Assembly: GCF_964213995.1 (NCBI RefSeq)
Contig: NC_135817.1
Coordinates: 49,414,001-49,478,000 of the forward strand
Direction of reading: 5' to 3'
From: Mustelus asterias
Lineage: Eukaryota
Length of the DNA stretch: 64,000 bases
In this document: one piece after another, positions 25,920-38,564 of the stretch
How positions within the stretch are numbered: position 1 is the stretch's first letter
Layout: each line of letters begins with the position of its first letter
Notes under the pieces: generated by a model
The model's database searches: none
Told to the model about the DNA's origin: nothing
The model's input: only the letters and a program-made list of their open reading frames with translations
Made by a program: the position numbers and the translations under genes

Positions 25920-26320
25920 CCGACAAGATAGTTCAGTGGTGTTGTACTGATCTAGAAAGTAATAAGTATGATTCCTGGTCTGCGGGTGAATTTTCTGGTT
26001 TCACTAGGGATGTTGTGTGGGAGCTACACATGGGGTAAGGCTACGGGTTCAACTCCTGGCTGTTGCAAATTGACTCTTCTCATTTGATACAATGCTATAG
26101 GCGCAGGAGGAACAAATGAATTGGTCTTGCCTACTGCTTCTACCCATTGGAACGTACATGTGGACATCAGTCTGGATTCAAATGTGATCTTTCCCATGCC
26201 AGTGCAATAGTCCACCAACACTAAATAACTGCTCCATAATAACTCTTAGCATACAGAATGAACATTTAGATGAAGGCTGCCAACAGCTTGTGGAACTGTA
26301 CCCTACAGAAGTCTAGAAAT
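25920..26320 (-). mobile_element. Probable Gypsy integrase relic
   Basis: Only SYLVLVDY and RSNG-like motifs are recognisable, in broken frames. Confidence 0.4.
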
Positions 26321-26421
26321 TATAGGAAGAATGAAAGAAAATTTGGGGGGGAAATACTGTCAAAGCTGTGCATGAAATACTGTACTTGAAACAGAAAGAA
26401 ATTCAGGTGCACTTTTCTCAC

Positions 26422-26550
26422 CTCTTCAATAAAAGTGTTGATTTCAGGAGCAGCTTTATTTGCTTTCTTTCTCAACTGTCGTTTGGCTTTATTTACATCT
26501 TTTTCAACTCTTTTCCAATCCACTTTAATATAGCCACTGTGATTTGCAAC
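26422..26550 (-). CDS. FUNDC1: FUNDC1 coding exon 4 (129 nt)
   Basis: cag|GTTGCA...GAAGAG|gtgaga encodes [43 protein letters not shown]. Confidence 0.96.
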
Positions 26551-27489
26551 CTGAAGGAAAATATGCATGAGTAAAGGTATATGCGATACTCTTCCAGTAT
26601 CTAATAATTATAAATAAGTTCTATGGATTTTTCAACTGACTTGCTACATACAGTGAGAGAGCCAGACCTCATGATGGAAACCTCAATCCTCCGCGACCAA
26701 TGTGAAACTAAAGCAGCAAATCATGCTACATGAGGCAAATATAGAAAAATGGAGTCAGCTTAAAACGTTAGCTCTATTCTCTCTCCACAGATGCTGTCAG
26801 ACCTGCTGAGATTTTCCAGCATTTTGTTTCTGGTGTTAGAAAATCTTTTTATCCCCCCACAATTTTAATGGATAATTCAAATTTAGCGGATTTAAATTAT
26901 GAAATGATTGCAGCTGGATCTGCACAATAATGTATCCATATGTTCATAAATGCTTTAAGTTCTAAATAATGAAACAAAGAAACTGAATTTTTGATTGATC
27001 CATAGCATCAAGTCTTGTCCCTCTGATGTGGTGCTATCCCTTTGATCAATTGGATTGCAGAATCAGAGATTACTGTCCTGCCAATTATATCCAATTGTAG
27101 ATTTAAATTTTAAGTTTTATAGGTTAGGCACTGGATCTCTGACTTTAATTTTGGATTTCTTCCTATTATCCATTCTCTATTGCTCTTTATCACCAAGATA
27201 TATATATCATTACACTTGTTACATAATCAGGCCTGTGTAACTTGTAAGTCTAATGATGACCATGAAATCATTGTCGATTGTCATAGAAACCCATCTGATT
27301 CACTCAGCTCCTTTTAAGGAAGGAAATCTGTCAACCTTGCCTGGATCTGGCAAACATATGGCTCCAGATCCACAGTAATGTGGGTGACTCTTAAATGGCC
27401 TAGAAAGCCACATAGTTTAAGGGCAATTGGGATGGGCAATAAATATTGGCCCAGCTAGCAAAGCCCAGATCCCATGAAGGAATAAAAAG

Positions 27490-28340
27490 TGACACAAAAT
27501 AAAAACAGAAAATTCTAAAGTCAGGCAGTATCTATGCAACGAGAAGCCATTAAAATTTCTGATTGATGACTTGGTCTCAGAACTAAAAATGTTAGAGATG
27601 TAACAGATTTTAAGCAAGTACAGAGGAAGGGGATGAGGGAAAGAACAAAACAGAAGGTTTGTAATGAGGGCAGATGAGGTTAAATGATAAAAGGGGTGAT
27701 GATGCAAGGCAAAATGAGATGCTACAAGGACAAGTCAGGAAACAAAAAATGGGACTAAAGAGATGTTCTTGGAAAACATCACCAATGGCTTCCATCCAAA
27801 AAAAAAACAGGGGCCAAGGTTATGAATTGGAAATGTTGATCTCAAGTTTGAGTCTGGAAGTCTGTGCATCCAATTGAAAATGAGGTGCTGTTCCCTGAGT
27901 TTACATTGAGCTTCGTTGGAATAGCCTAGGAGGCGGAGGACAGGCAGGTCAGATGGGAAAGGAGCAGAGAATTAAAATAACAGGCGAATGCAAGGTCAAG
28001 ATTACATTTGCAGACTAAATGTAGGTGTTCTAGAAAGCAATCACCCCATCTGCATTTGATCGTGATGCACAGAACACCTTGTTGTGAGCAGCAAATACAG
28101 CACATTAATGGAAAGTACGTAAGTCACTGTTAGCTGGGAACATTATTTTGAGCCCCGGATGGTGGGAAGGGAGGAGGTAAAAATTCAGGTGCTGCATCTC
28201 CTGTGCTTGCATGGGATGGTGCTGTGCGAAGGGGAGGGGTTTCTGGGAGTGATTAAGGAGTGGATCAGGGTGTCATGGAGGAAGTTGGTCCCTTTGCAAT
28301 TCTGTAAAGGGAAGAGAGGATAAGATGTGTTTGATATTGG
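27490..28340 (-). mobile_element. Penelope-like element 3' part (GIY-YIG endonuclease relic)
   Basis: Minus strand gives CICCSQ...KCRWGDCFLEHLHLV...LAFACYFNS...EQHLIF. This matches the PLE C-terminus (GDRFAEHLRSV...PVACHFNS...EEQHLIF). Confidence 0.75.
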
Positions 28341-28699
28341 GTGATGACATTTCTTCCGTAAATGAAGATTCCCTGCCTGGCTATGCTTTACATCATTTGC
28401 CGTGCCCAGATTGTCACTCTGATGGTGTGGCTCTTAACATCAAATTATAGTTTGGTTGGATCCTCAACTCCTTTGCCACATTCTTCTTGTAAGCATTTCA
28501 CATTATTCCATTCTTCCTGCCTCTCACTTAAAGTTCTCATTTACCACTGCCCACTCAAGGACTATAAAAATTCTCATTCAGATATCTTCAATGTTTTTCT
28601 ATCTCAGCCATTGCACCAAGAAACTTAGTAATTTGATCACAATTCATCAAGATCACCAACAACCTGTCCTAGTCCCTCCATGCCAACTCTATAGTTAGG

Positions 28700-29242
28700 G
28701 AAGCTCAACAATGCCTCTACTTTTCAGGAGGCTAAGAAAATTCAGCATATCCACTACGACTCTCGCCAACCTTTACAGATACGCCATAGAAAGCATCCTT
28801 TCTGGTTGTATCATAGCTTGGTATGGCTCCTGCTCTGTCCAAGACCGCAAGAAACTACAAACGAAGCCCAGTCCGTCACGCAAACCAGCCTCACATCCAT
28901 TGACTCCACACTTCCCGTTGCCTTGAAAAAGCAGTCAGCATAATCACACCCCACACACCCTGGACATTCTCTCTTCCACCTTCTTTCATTGGGAAAACGA
29001 TACAAAGTCTGAGGTCACGTACCAACCGACTCAAGAACAGCTTCTTCCCTGCTGCCATCAGACTTTTGAATGGATCTATCTCATATTAAGTTGCTCTTTC
29101 TCTATACCCTAGCTATGATTGTTACACTACATTCTGCACCCTCCTTTCCTTCTCTATGAATGGTACGCTTTGTCTGTTTTGTGTGCAAGAAACAATACTT
29201 TTCACTGTATACTAATATATGTGACGATAATAAAATCAAAAT
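28700..29242 (+). mobile_element. Rex1/Babar LINE 3' end
   Basis: Encodes FRRLRKFSISTTTLANLYRYAIESILSGCIIAWYGSCSVQDRKKLQ, with an aataaaatcaaaatc tail. Confidence 0.85.
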
Positions 29243-31284
29243 CTTCTGAGTTCACTGCCCTCCTAATTTCTTTCTTCCTCATATGAACTCCCAACTCATA
29301 TTCATAGCCGCGCCTTTAAGTTTGCCATCATATGGCCTTGTGTCAATCACAGGTAAGGCCATCTCTGATCACTTGTATTGTTTTATTAATATTATTGTAT
29401 CACCTGTATTGCTCTCCACCTAAAGCTGCATCCCAACACTATGCCCTTCTGTACCGAAATATCTCTTCTTTGGCCGTCCATTCACCACAACCTTTTGTTC
29501 AACTACCGACCTGTGTACCACATCATCAACTCCAATTTTAATGCCTTACTTCCTACTAAAACCATTACTCTCTCTTATCCTGGCAATTTCCACTGTACGT
29601 CTCTCATGGACTTGAACAGATATGGTGGATAACAGGTTTAGCCATTCACTGCCAGATCTGGCTGGACCATATGCTTGTCTGCAGAAACTGTTTCCAGGAT
29701 TACCCTGGAATGCTAAGATAACCCCCAACTTCTTTTCTCTATGGCAAACAGTCTTCTCAAACCCCTCTTCACACTCCTCTACCTCCAACAAGTACGAGGA
29801 ACTCACGGGTTTCACTATCATCTACTGATCGCAAATAAATACCATGGCTTGTCAATGTATTTGCAAATTTACAGTTGTCCAAATTAAGATCAACTATAAA
29901 AACATAATTTTTAAGGAATTGTGCATAAAATTATACAACTTTGTTATCTGTAGGATTCTAAAAAAAAAGAATAATTTGTTTACTGTTACAATTCAAATTA
30001 CACTGGAACATGGCAAACAGTAAATACGCAACAAACGGTACTAAGTCCAAATAAACATGAATTTTGTTAGGGTCACAAATGCATAGATTCAAGGGGCGGA
30101 ATTTTATGGCTGCTCCCATTGGGGGGATTTTCTGGTCCAGCAGAAATCATTGGACTTCTAAATGATTTGCTGCATTTTATGCCCTTTGTCCCCTTTCCAT
30201 CCCTGGTTTGCAAGTGGTTAGAAAATACATTTTGCATTCTCTTATGTTTTTATTACAAATATGTTTTAGCAATTGTGATCATTCTTAACTCATAAACAGA
30301 GTAAAACAGTAGAAATAGAAAACTGCCATTAGGTCTAAAAGGCTTCCCTTCCCCTCTTTGTAATGAAACTCACTCCCACTACCATTTTCTCACTAAAGGA
30401 GCAATTTAATTTTGGTCGAAGTGAGAAGTCACAAACTGTGCCTTCTATTTCTAAAGATTTGCTTCTTTTTGAGTCACTGCCCATTTGGGATCAGATCGTG
30501 GTTCCTCAACTTCCTCAATCCCTTCTCTGTTTAGAAGGTCACCTCATTATCTCCTGAACTCATTTAAACTGTAGAACACCACTAGTTAAAAAAAACTTTC
30601 CTTCAGCACTTGTGCTGTTACATTTCATTGATATAACCGTTTACACCACAAAATTCACAAATCTGCAAAACTATTGGTAAAATTACTCAAAAAAATCACA
30701 TGAATAAAAGAGACCTAATAGCTATTTGTTCCTTCTGAAATCACCATTTGAAAACATATTGCCTACATTTAAATAAATATAATGGAGCCAGCAGGATTCA
30801 CTTTGCTGTATCAAGGTGCAGAATTAATTTTTCTCTTGTTAAATTTTCTATCACTCCCGAAGGGCTTTACTAATGGTTAGGTTACTGCCAGCAGGTGCAA
30901 AAGTGACTTGCTCGCCTCCTTTATGGGTTATTTTTGGCACCTCCCTAATGATATCAGAAACTTTATGTGCAAGGATTTTTTTGATTCTTGCATGGATGTG
31001 GGTGTTCTTGGAAAGGATTGACAATTACGGATTGTTGCTCATCCCGAGTTGCCCTTGAGTAGGTGGTGGTAGCCACTTTGTTGAATTGCTGCAATCCATG
31101 TAGAATTTCGTTTTTATTTGTTCATGGGATGTGGGCGTCGCTGACTAGGACTGCATTTATTGCCCATTCCTAATTTAAGTATTAACCACACTGCTGTGTG
31201 CGACTGCATTCACATGTAGGCCAGACTGGATAAGGATGGATTTCCTCCCCTAAAGGGACATTAGTGAACCAATGGTATCATGGT

Positions 31285-33493
31285 TAGAACAGTAGAACAG
31301 TACAGCACAGAACAGGCCCTTCGGCCCACGATGTTGTGCCGAGCTTTGTCTGAAACCCAGATCCAGCTATTTCCTCCCTATCATCCCGAAGTACTCCATG
31401 TGCCTATCCAATAGCTTCTTAAATGTTCCTAAAGTTTCTGACTCCACTATCCCTGCAGGCAGTCCATTCCACACCCCAACCACTCTCTGAGTAAAAAACC
31501 TACCTTGGACATCCTTCCTATATCTCCCACCATGAACCCTATAGTTATGCCCCCTAGTTACCGCTCCATTCACCCGAGGAAATAGTCTTTGAACGTTCAC
31601 TCTATCTATCCCCCTCATCATCTTATAAACCTCTATCAAGTCTCCTCTCAACCTCCTCCGCTCCAAAGAGAAAAGCCCAAGTTCCCTCAACCTTTCCTCA
31701 TAAGACCTACCCTCCAAACCAGGCAGCATCCTGGTAAATCTCCTTTGCACTCTTTCCAGTGTCTCCACATCCTTCTTGTAGTGAGGTGACCAGAACTGCA
31801 CACAATATTCCAAATGTGGTCTCACCAAGGTCCTGTACAGTTGCAGCATAACCCCACGGCTCTTAAACTCAAACCCCCTGTTAATGAACGCCAACACACT
31901 ATAGGCCTTCTTCACGGCTCTATCCACTTGAGTGGCAACCTTCAGATCTATGGATATGAACCCCAAGATCTCTCTGTTCCTCCACATTCTTCAGAACCCT
32001 ACCTTTGACCCTGTAATCCACATTTAAGTTTGTCCTACCAAAATGAATCACCTCGCATTTGTCAGGGTTAAACTCCATTTGCCATTTTTCAGCCCAGCTC
32101 TGCATCCTATCTATATCTCTTTGCAGCCTACAACAGCCCTCCACCTCATCCACTACTCCATCAATCTTGGTGTCATCAGCAAATTTACTGATCCACCCTT
32201 CAGCCCCCTCCTCCAAGTCATTTATAAAAATTACAAATAGCAGAGGACCAAGCACTGATCCCTGTGGCACTCCGCTGGTAACCGGTTTCCAGTCCGAAAA
32301 TTTTCCATCCACCACCACCCTCTGTCTTCTGTTAGATAGCCAGTTACCTATCCAATCGGCCAAACTTCCCTCTATCCCACACATCCTTCCTTTCTTCATA
32401 AGCCGACCGTGGGGGACTTTATCAAACGCCTTACTAAAATCCATGCGTATGACATCAACTGCATTACCTTCATCTACACACTTAGTTACCTCCTCAAAAA
32501 ATTCTATCAAATTTGTGAGGCAAGACTTGCCCTTCACAAATCCGTGCTGACTAGCCCGGATTAAGCTGCATCTTTCTAAATGGTCGTAAATCCTATCCCT
32601 AAGGACCTTTTCCATCAACTTACCGACCACTGAAGTAAGACTAACCGGTCGATAATTACCAGGGTCATTTCTATTCCCTTTCTTAAACAGAGGAACCACA
32701 TTCGCCACTCTCCAGTCCTCTGGCACCACCTCTGTGGTGCCAGAGGACCCAAAGATCAATGCCAAAGGCTCTGAGGACCCAAAGATCAATGCCAAAGGCT
32801 CTGCTATCTCATCCCTTGCCTCCCAAAGAATCCTAGGATATATTTCATCAGGCCCAGGGGACTTATCGACCTTCAGTTTATTCAAAATTGCTAGTACATC
32901 TTCCCTCCGAACATCTACTTCCTCCAGCCTATCAGCCTGTGACACCCTCTCTTCCTCAAAAACATGGCCCCTCTCCTTGGTGAACACCGAAGAAAAGTAT
33001 TCATTCATCACCTCTCCTATCTCTTCTGACTCCATGCACAAATTCCCACTGCCGTCCTTGACCGGCCCCAGCCTCACCCTGGTCATTCTTTTATTCCTCA
33101 CATAAGAGTAAAAAGCCTTGGGGTTTTCCTTGATCCGACCCGCCAAAGACTTCTCATGCCCCCTCCTAGCTCTCCTAAGCCCCTTTTTCAGCTCATTTCT
33201 TGCTAACTTGTAACCCTCCATCGAGCCAACTGAACCTTGTTTTCTCAACCTAACATACGCTTCCTTCTTCCTCTTGACAAGACATTCCACCTCTTTTGTG
33301 AACCATGGTTCCCTCACTCGGCCATTTCCTCTCTGCCTGGCAGGGGCGTACCTATCAAGGACACGCAGTATTTGTTCCTTGAAAAGGTTCCACTTATCAT
33401 TAGTGCCTTTGCCTGACAATTTTTGTTCCCATTCTATGCTTCCTAATTCCCGCCTGATTGCATCATAATTACCTCTCCCCCAATTGTAGACTT
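31285..33493 (-). mobile_element. Young 5'-truncated CR1 LINE with near-intact RT
   Basis: ORFs 31920-33536 and 31367-31987 contain KSPGPD, NYRPVSLTS, QHGFVKGKSCLTNL, DFSKAFDKVPH, SGVPQGSVLGP and KFADDTK. One frameshift near 31945; endonuclease absent; 3' tail at 31285. Confidence 0.97.
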
Positions 33494-33902
33494 TTAATTC
33501 CAAGTTTTTAAAAAAATTGAGTTCAGATTTCACCATCTGCCATGGTGAAATCTAAACCCAGGTCCCCAGAGCATTACCCTGAGTTTATGGATCATTCATT
33601 TAGTAACATTACCTCTACGCCACCATCTCCCTTCTCACAGTGCTGTTGGGAGTTCGACGATTTTGATTCAGTGACAATGAAGAAATGGTGATAAAGTTCC
33701 AAGTAAAGATGCTGTATGGCTTGGAGGGAAACATGCAGGTGATGGTGTTCCCATGTGTCTATCTATTGTCCTTGTTCTCGGTGGTAGAGATCATGGATTT
33801 GGAAGGTGCTGTCTAAGGGGCCTTAGTGAGTTGCTGCAGTGCATCTTGTAGATGGTACACATGGCTGCCACTGTGCATTTCTGGTAGTGGGAGTGAACGT
33901 TG

Positions 33903-34245
33903 AAATCATAGAAACCCTACAGTACAGAAAGAGGCCATTCGGCCCATCGAGTCTGCACCAACCACAATCCCACCCAGGCCCTACCCCCATATCCCTACAT
34001 AGTTTACCCGCTAATCCCTCTAATCTACGCATCCCAGGACACTAAGGGGCAATTTTAGCACAGCCAATCAACCTAACCCGCACATCTTTGGACTGTGGGA
34101 GGAAACCGGAGCACCCGGAGGAAACCCACGCAGACACGAGGAGAATGTGCAAACTCCACACAGACAGTGACCCAAGCCGGGAATCGAACCCAGGTCCCTG
34201 GAGCTGTGAAGCAGCAGTGCTAACCACTGTGCTACCGTGCCGCCC
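33903..34245 (-). mobile_element. Young full-length HE1/V-SINE
   Basis: Near-consensus, CpG-rich head, V domain and CR1 tail. It interrupts an older LINE. Confidence 0.9.
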
Positions 34246-34629
34246 AAGGTGGTGATGGTGTGCCAATCAGGCTGTTTTATCCTGGACAGTGTTGGGTTTC
34301 TTGAGTGTTGTCATCACAATCCTAATTTGTGCCTTGTAGCTGGTGGACAGGCTTTGGGGAGTCAGTAGGTTAGTTACCCACGTCGGATTCACAGCCTATG
34401 GCCTGCTCTTGTAGCCACAGTATTTATATGGCTGGTCTTGTTCATTTTCTGGTCAATGGACCCCACCACATCCCCACCCCACAGGATGTTGATAGTAGGT
34501 TGTAGATATGAACCTCAATCTTACCTTCACACTGGTTTACCAAGGACACTGAACCACCTACATTTTGCATTTAGCACAAAAAACAAAATCTTTATTCTAC
34601 AAAGCTGAATGTCTTCCCTTTCATAAATA

Positions 34630-35745
34630 AAAATAGAAAATGTTGGAAAGATTCTGCAGGTCTGGCAGTATCTGTAGAGAAAGAAACAGAGTCAAGGGGC
34701 CCGATTTTACCATCATGTGGCAGCTGTTTTCAGGTGTGAAAACTTGGTAAAGTCGGGCGTGAGGCGAGTAGCGTGATCCGCGCCCGCCTCTGCGCCAGTT
34801 CCCCCTTTACCAAGGCCCAAAAATGGCCGCGATCGGGACCGTGCTCAAAACGGGCACGACGGCATTTTAAATGCATTTGCATGTATTTAAATTTACTTAA
34901 TGGACTGCACACCCAACTTTACCGACACCGCCCCCTTTCCGCTGCGTTCGCCCATCCAGAATCAGTGCAAAACAAACATGCTCCATAGAAGTCCGATTCG
35001 GGCGCTCAAGGTTAGTGAGGAGATAGGTGCCTAGTGTCCGATGGTTCTCTGCTGGAGATCGATGGGGGGGGGGGGGGGGTGGCGGTGGGGGGGGAAAGAG
35101 GAGGTGGGTCTGTTGCTACTCTGCCTGAGGTCAGTGGAAAGAAAGGGGGAATCCACTGCCACTCTGCCCAAGATCAGTGGAGGAGGGGGAAGGGGGGTGG
35201 TCCGCTGCCACTCTGCCTGAGATCAGTGGAGGGGAAGGGGGAAGTGGCCCGCGATGGGTCTGGGTGGGGGGATAAGGGGGTCAAGTAATGTTGTGAGGGT
35301 GGGGCAATGTCTGTGGGGGCCAAGGAGAAGCATTATCCCGTCCGGAAGGGATGTGGCAGGGGAGCAGCATTCTATTATTTTTCTTTCTGCGCATGTGCAG
35401 TTGGAGGCGCCGATCGGAGCTGCAGGGTTTCGGGCACGTTAAGCGCCGCCCACAAGCTTCTGCAGCGCAATTCAGAATTGCTGATATTTTTGCAGGCAGA
35501 GTGCGTATGGGGGCGCCTCAGAACGGGTCTTAAATTCTAAAATTCACATCTGAAACACTTCCAGTTTCAAGTCCGCCCAGCATTAAGAGTCAAAATGGTA
35601 AAATAGGGCCCAAGGTCTCAAGTCTGATACGACTCTTCTGTGGAACCCAGTTCTGAAGAATTGGATTGAAAACATTAACTCTGTTTCTCTCTCCACAGAT
35701 GCTGCTGGACTTGCTGAGATTTTCCTGCATTTTCTGTTTTTATTT
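34630..35745. mobile_element. Penelope-type palindromic element hosting the MITE
   Basis: The left arm aaatgttggaaa...ggcagtatctgtagagaaagaaacagagtcaa is an inverted copy of the right arm ttaactctgtttctctctccacagatgctgc...gcattttc. Confidence 0.7.
34697..35611. mobile_element. Harbinger-type MITE (915 bp)
   Basis: 17-bp TIRs gggcccgattttaccat / atggtaaaatagggccc (1 mismatch), with 3-bp TSD AAG at 34694-34696 and 35612-35614. GC/CpG-rich. Confidence 0.88.
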
Positions 35746-36733
35746 CACATTTACAGTATCTTCAGTATTTTGCTTTTATTTAATCTCTTCTCTTTCAACC
35801 AATGAATAAAATTATTTTGTATTCACAGAAAATTCTCTAGAATATTCTAATATGTGAAAATGGCACATTTTTCATTAGACAAGTTTTACCTTTTTACATT
35901 AAAATAACTAACTATTTACCAATTTGTGACTATGAACTTGAATTAAATATATGGACTTTTCTTAGAATAAATCCTTTCCTACAGATGAAGGTTTAGAGAA
36001 TTGTGCTTGTAGAAGCCATTCATAAAAACACATTTAATTTGATCTTTCAGGGAGAAGCTATTTGATTTCAACGGGAATTTTCAGTACATTAATATTAACC
36101 TTTACAGATAATAGAGGAATAAAAAAAGGTAGGCCCAGTTCCACCCTACAGGAGCATGCAGTCCTGTTACATGATTACAAAACCTCACTAACAATGTTTA
36201 TAGAAAGTCAATTAGGTCAGAGGCAGAGACTAAGTGTAGTAAGGGAGGCAGAGTGTGATCTGGATAAATACAGAAGCTTATAATCTCAGGATGGTGGTTA
36301 CATTTTTAATAAATATTTTAAAGAGTTCAGCGCTCCTCAAAGGCTCTTATAAATACCATATCCCATAGTTCAAATGTGTATACTTCCAAGCTGGTTTCAA
36401 AGTCCAATCTCCCTCTGTCTCAATAACTAATGTTAACTAAGAGGTCTGAGTCAGCACTGGTATTAATGAAATTCACATAAGACGGGCTCCTGACTGATGC
36501 AAAGACATCTGTCAATACAACTAGCATCAGACTTAACTTCAATCTCGCTATTGCTGACTAATGTTTTTGCTTTTCTGGATGTCACCTTTGTTACCACTTA
36601 ATTGCACGTTTTCCCTGTGTCTGTGTGGGTTTGCTCCGGTTTGCTCCCACAGTCCAAAGATGTGTAGGTTAGGTTGATTGGTCGGTCATGCCAAATTGCC
36701 CCTTAGTGTCAGGGGGATTAGCAGTGTAAATAC

Positions 36734-37656
36734 AAAGAACAAAGAACAATACAGCACAGGAACAGGCCCTTCAGCCCTCCAAGCCTGCGCTGCTCATGTG
36801 TCCCACTAGACCATTTGTTTGTATCCCTCTATTCCCAGTCTGTTCATGTGGCTATCTAGATAAGTCTTAAACGATTCCAGCGTGTCCGCCTCAATCGCCT
36901 TGCTTGGCAGTGCATTCCAGGCCCCCATCACCCTCTGTGTAAAATACATCCCCCTGACATCTGTGTTGAACCTTGCCCCCCTCACCTTGAACCCATGGCC
37001 CCTCGTGTTCGTCACCTCCGACCTGGGAAAAAGCTTCCCACTGTTCACCCTATCTATGCCCTTCATAATTTTATACACCTCTATTAGGTCACCCCTCATC
37101 CTCCGTCTTTCCAGGGAGAACAACCCCAGTTTACTCAATCTCTCCTCATAGCTAAGACCCTCCATACCAGGCAACATCCTGGTAAACCTTTTCTGTACTC
37201 TCTCCAAAGCCTCCACGTCCTTCTGGTAGTGTGGCGACCAGAACTGGATGCAGTACTCCAATTGTGGCCTAACCAACATTCTTTACAGCTGCAAAATCAT
37301 ATGCCAACTTTTATATTCTATGCCCCGTCCAATAAAGGCAAGCATGCCATATGACCACCCTCTCCACCTGTGCTGCCACCTTTAAGGATCTGTGGACTTG
37401 TACACCCAGGTCCCTCTGCGTGTCTATACTCCTGATGGTTCTGCCATTTATTGTATAGCTCCTCCTTACATTAGATCTACTGAAATGCATCACTTCGCAT
37501 TTATCTGGATTAAATTCCATCTGCCATTTCTCCACCCAATGTTCCAGCCTATCTATATCCTGCTGTATTCTCTGACAATGTTCATCACTATCCGCAACTC
37601 TAGCAATCTTTGTGTCGTCCGCAAACTTACTGATCACACCAGCTACACCTTCCTCC
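36734..37656 (-). mobile_element. 5'-truncated CR1 inserted into an HE1 SINE (halves at 36605-36733 and 37657-37758)
   Basis: Encodes SKFADDTKI...WQMEFNPDKC...LVRPQLEYCIQFWSP. AAATAC is repeated at 36728-36733 and 37657-37662. Confidence 0.92.
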
Positions 37657-38116
37657 AAATACGTGAGGTTACAGGGATAGGGCCTGGATGGGATTGTTGT
37701 CAATGCAGGCTCGATGGGCCTAATAGTCTCCTTCTGCTCTGTAGGAATTTTATGATTCTTATCCTCACCTAACAGAATAGTAAAGATTGGAAGCAACTGA
37801 ACACTTGGTGTTCTCCAGGTTAATAGAAATTCAGTAAATGCAAAAATGACGACTCCCACTATTAAAAGGAATTGTTGCCTGAGTTAGCATTAAAAATGTT
37901 GTTAAATCCTTAAGGTTAGTTACTTTTATAAGTTACTCTGGTTTTGCTGCTGTGGTATTCTTCAGCAATGGGCTGCTGTGCTACTGCTTTTAAGGCCCTC
38001 ATATAATTGATTTACTTTAAATAACAATGCAACTTACTACTGTGAAACCTGTTTGCCAACAGTTATGAAAATTAAAATGCTGAATGCTACATATATTAAA
38101 TTTAACTTTTCATTAC

Positions 38117-38192
38117 CTGCATCAATAGGAACCCACCACCAATGGCTGTAGCTGCCAATTTGCCAATCTTCTGAAATACAAAACCTGCACAC
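38117..38192 (-). CDS. FUNDC1: FUNDC1 coding exon 3 (76 nt)
   Basis: cag|GTGTGCA...ATGCAG|gtaatg encodes (W)[25 protein letters not shown]. Confidence 0.96.
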
Positions 38193-38564
38193 CTGAAAGT
38201 GAGAACAACAGAACTAAATATTAATTTTCCTTAAGGTTCTCCTTCAAAAACATTCTATTTGGGTAAGTAATTTTTCAGTGCCAGGTTTCCTGGTCCTTTT
38301 TCTACATCCTCAAACCAACAGTCAAGGCAGATTATGTGTTCAATATCCGGTCAATACAATACAGCTTTGTGCCAAATGCCAACTGTGCCATTGATTTCCA
38401 TTCAATTTTTCTTTACCGAGGAGGAAGCACCATGCATCAATTCAGCAGCAAAATAGATTGCCACTTGCAAATTGAAATTGCACACCTTTTAATTGCTTTG
38501 CTATTGAGGGCCTCATCTTTTTGTCAATAACCTGTTTAAAATGTCCACTGTGAAACAGCAAACG

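Noticed and set aside
31920-33536. 538-aa RT ORF as a domesticated gene or novel RT system
   Set aside because: It is an ordinary CR1 ORF2: 5'-truncated, frameshifted, and its ATG comes from flanking SINE sequence.
34697-35611. CpG island or promoter of an unknown gene, with several ORFs
   Set aside because: Bounded by TIRs and a TSD, so it is a MITE; the ORFs are low-complexity.
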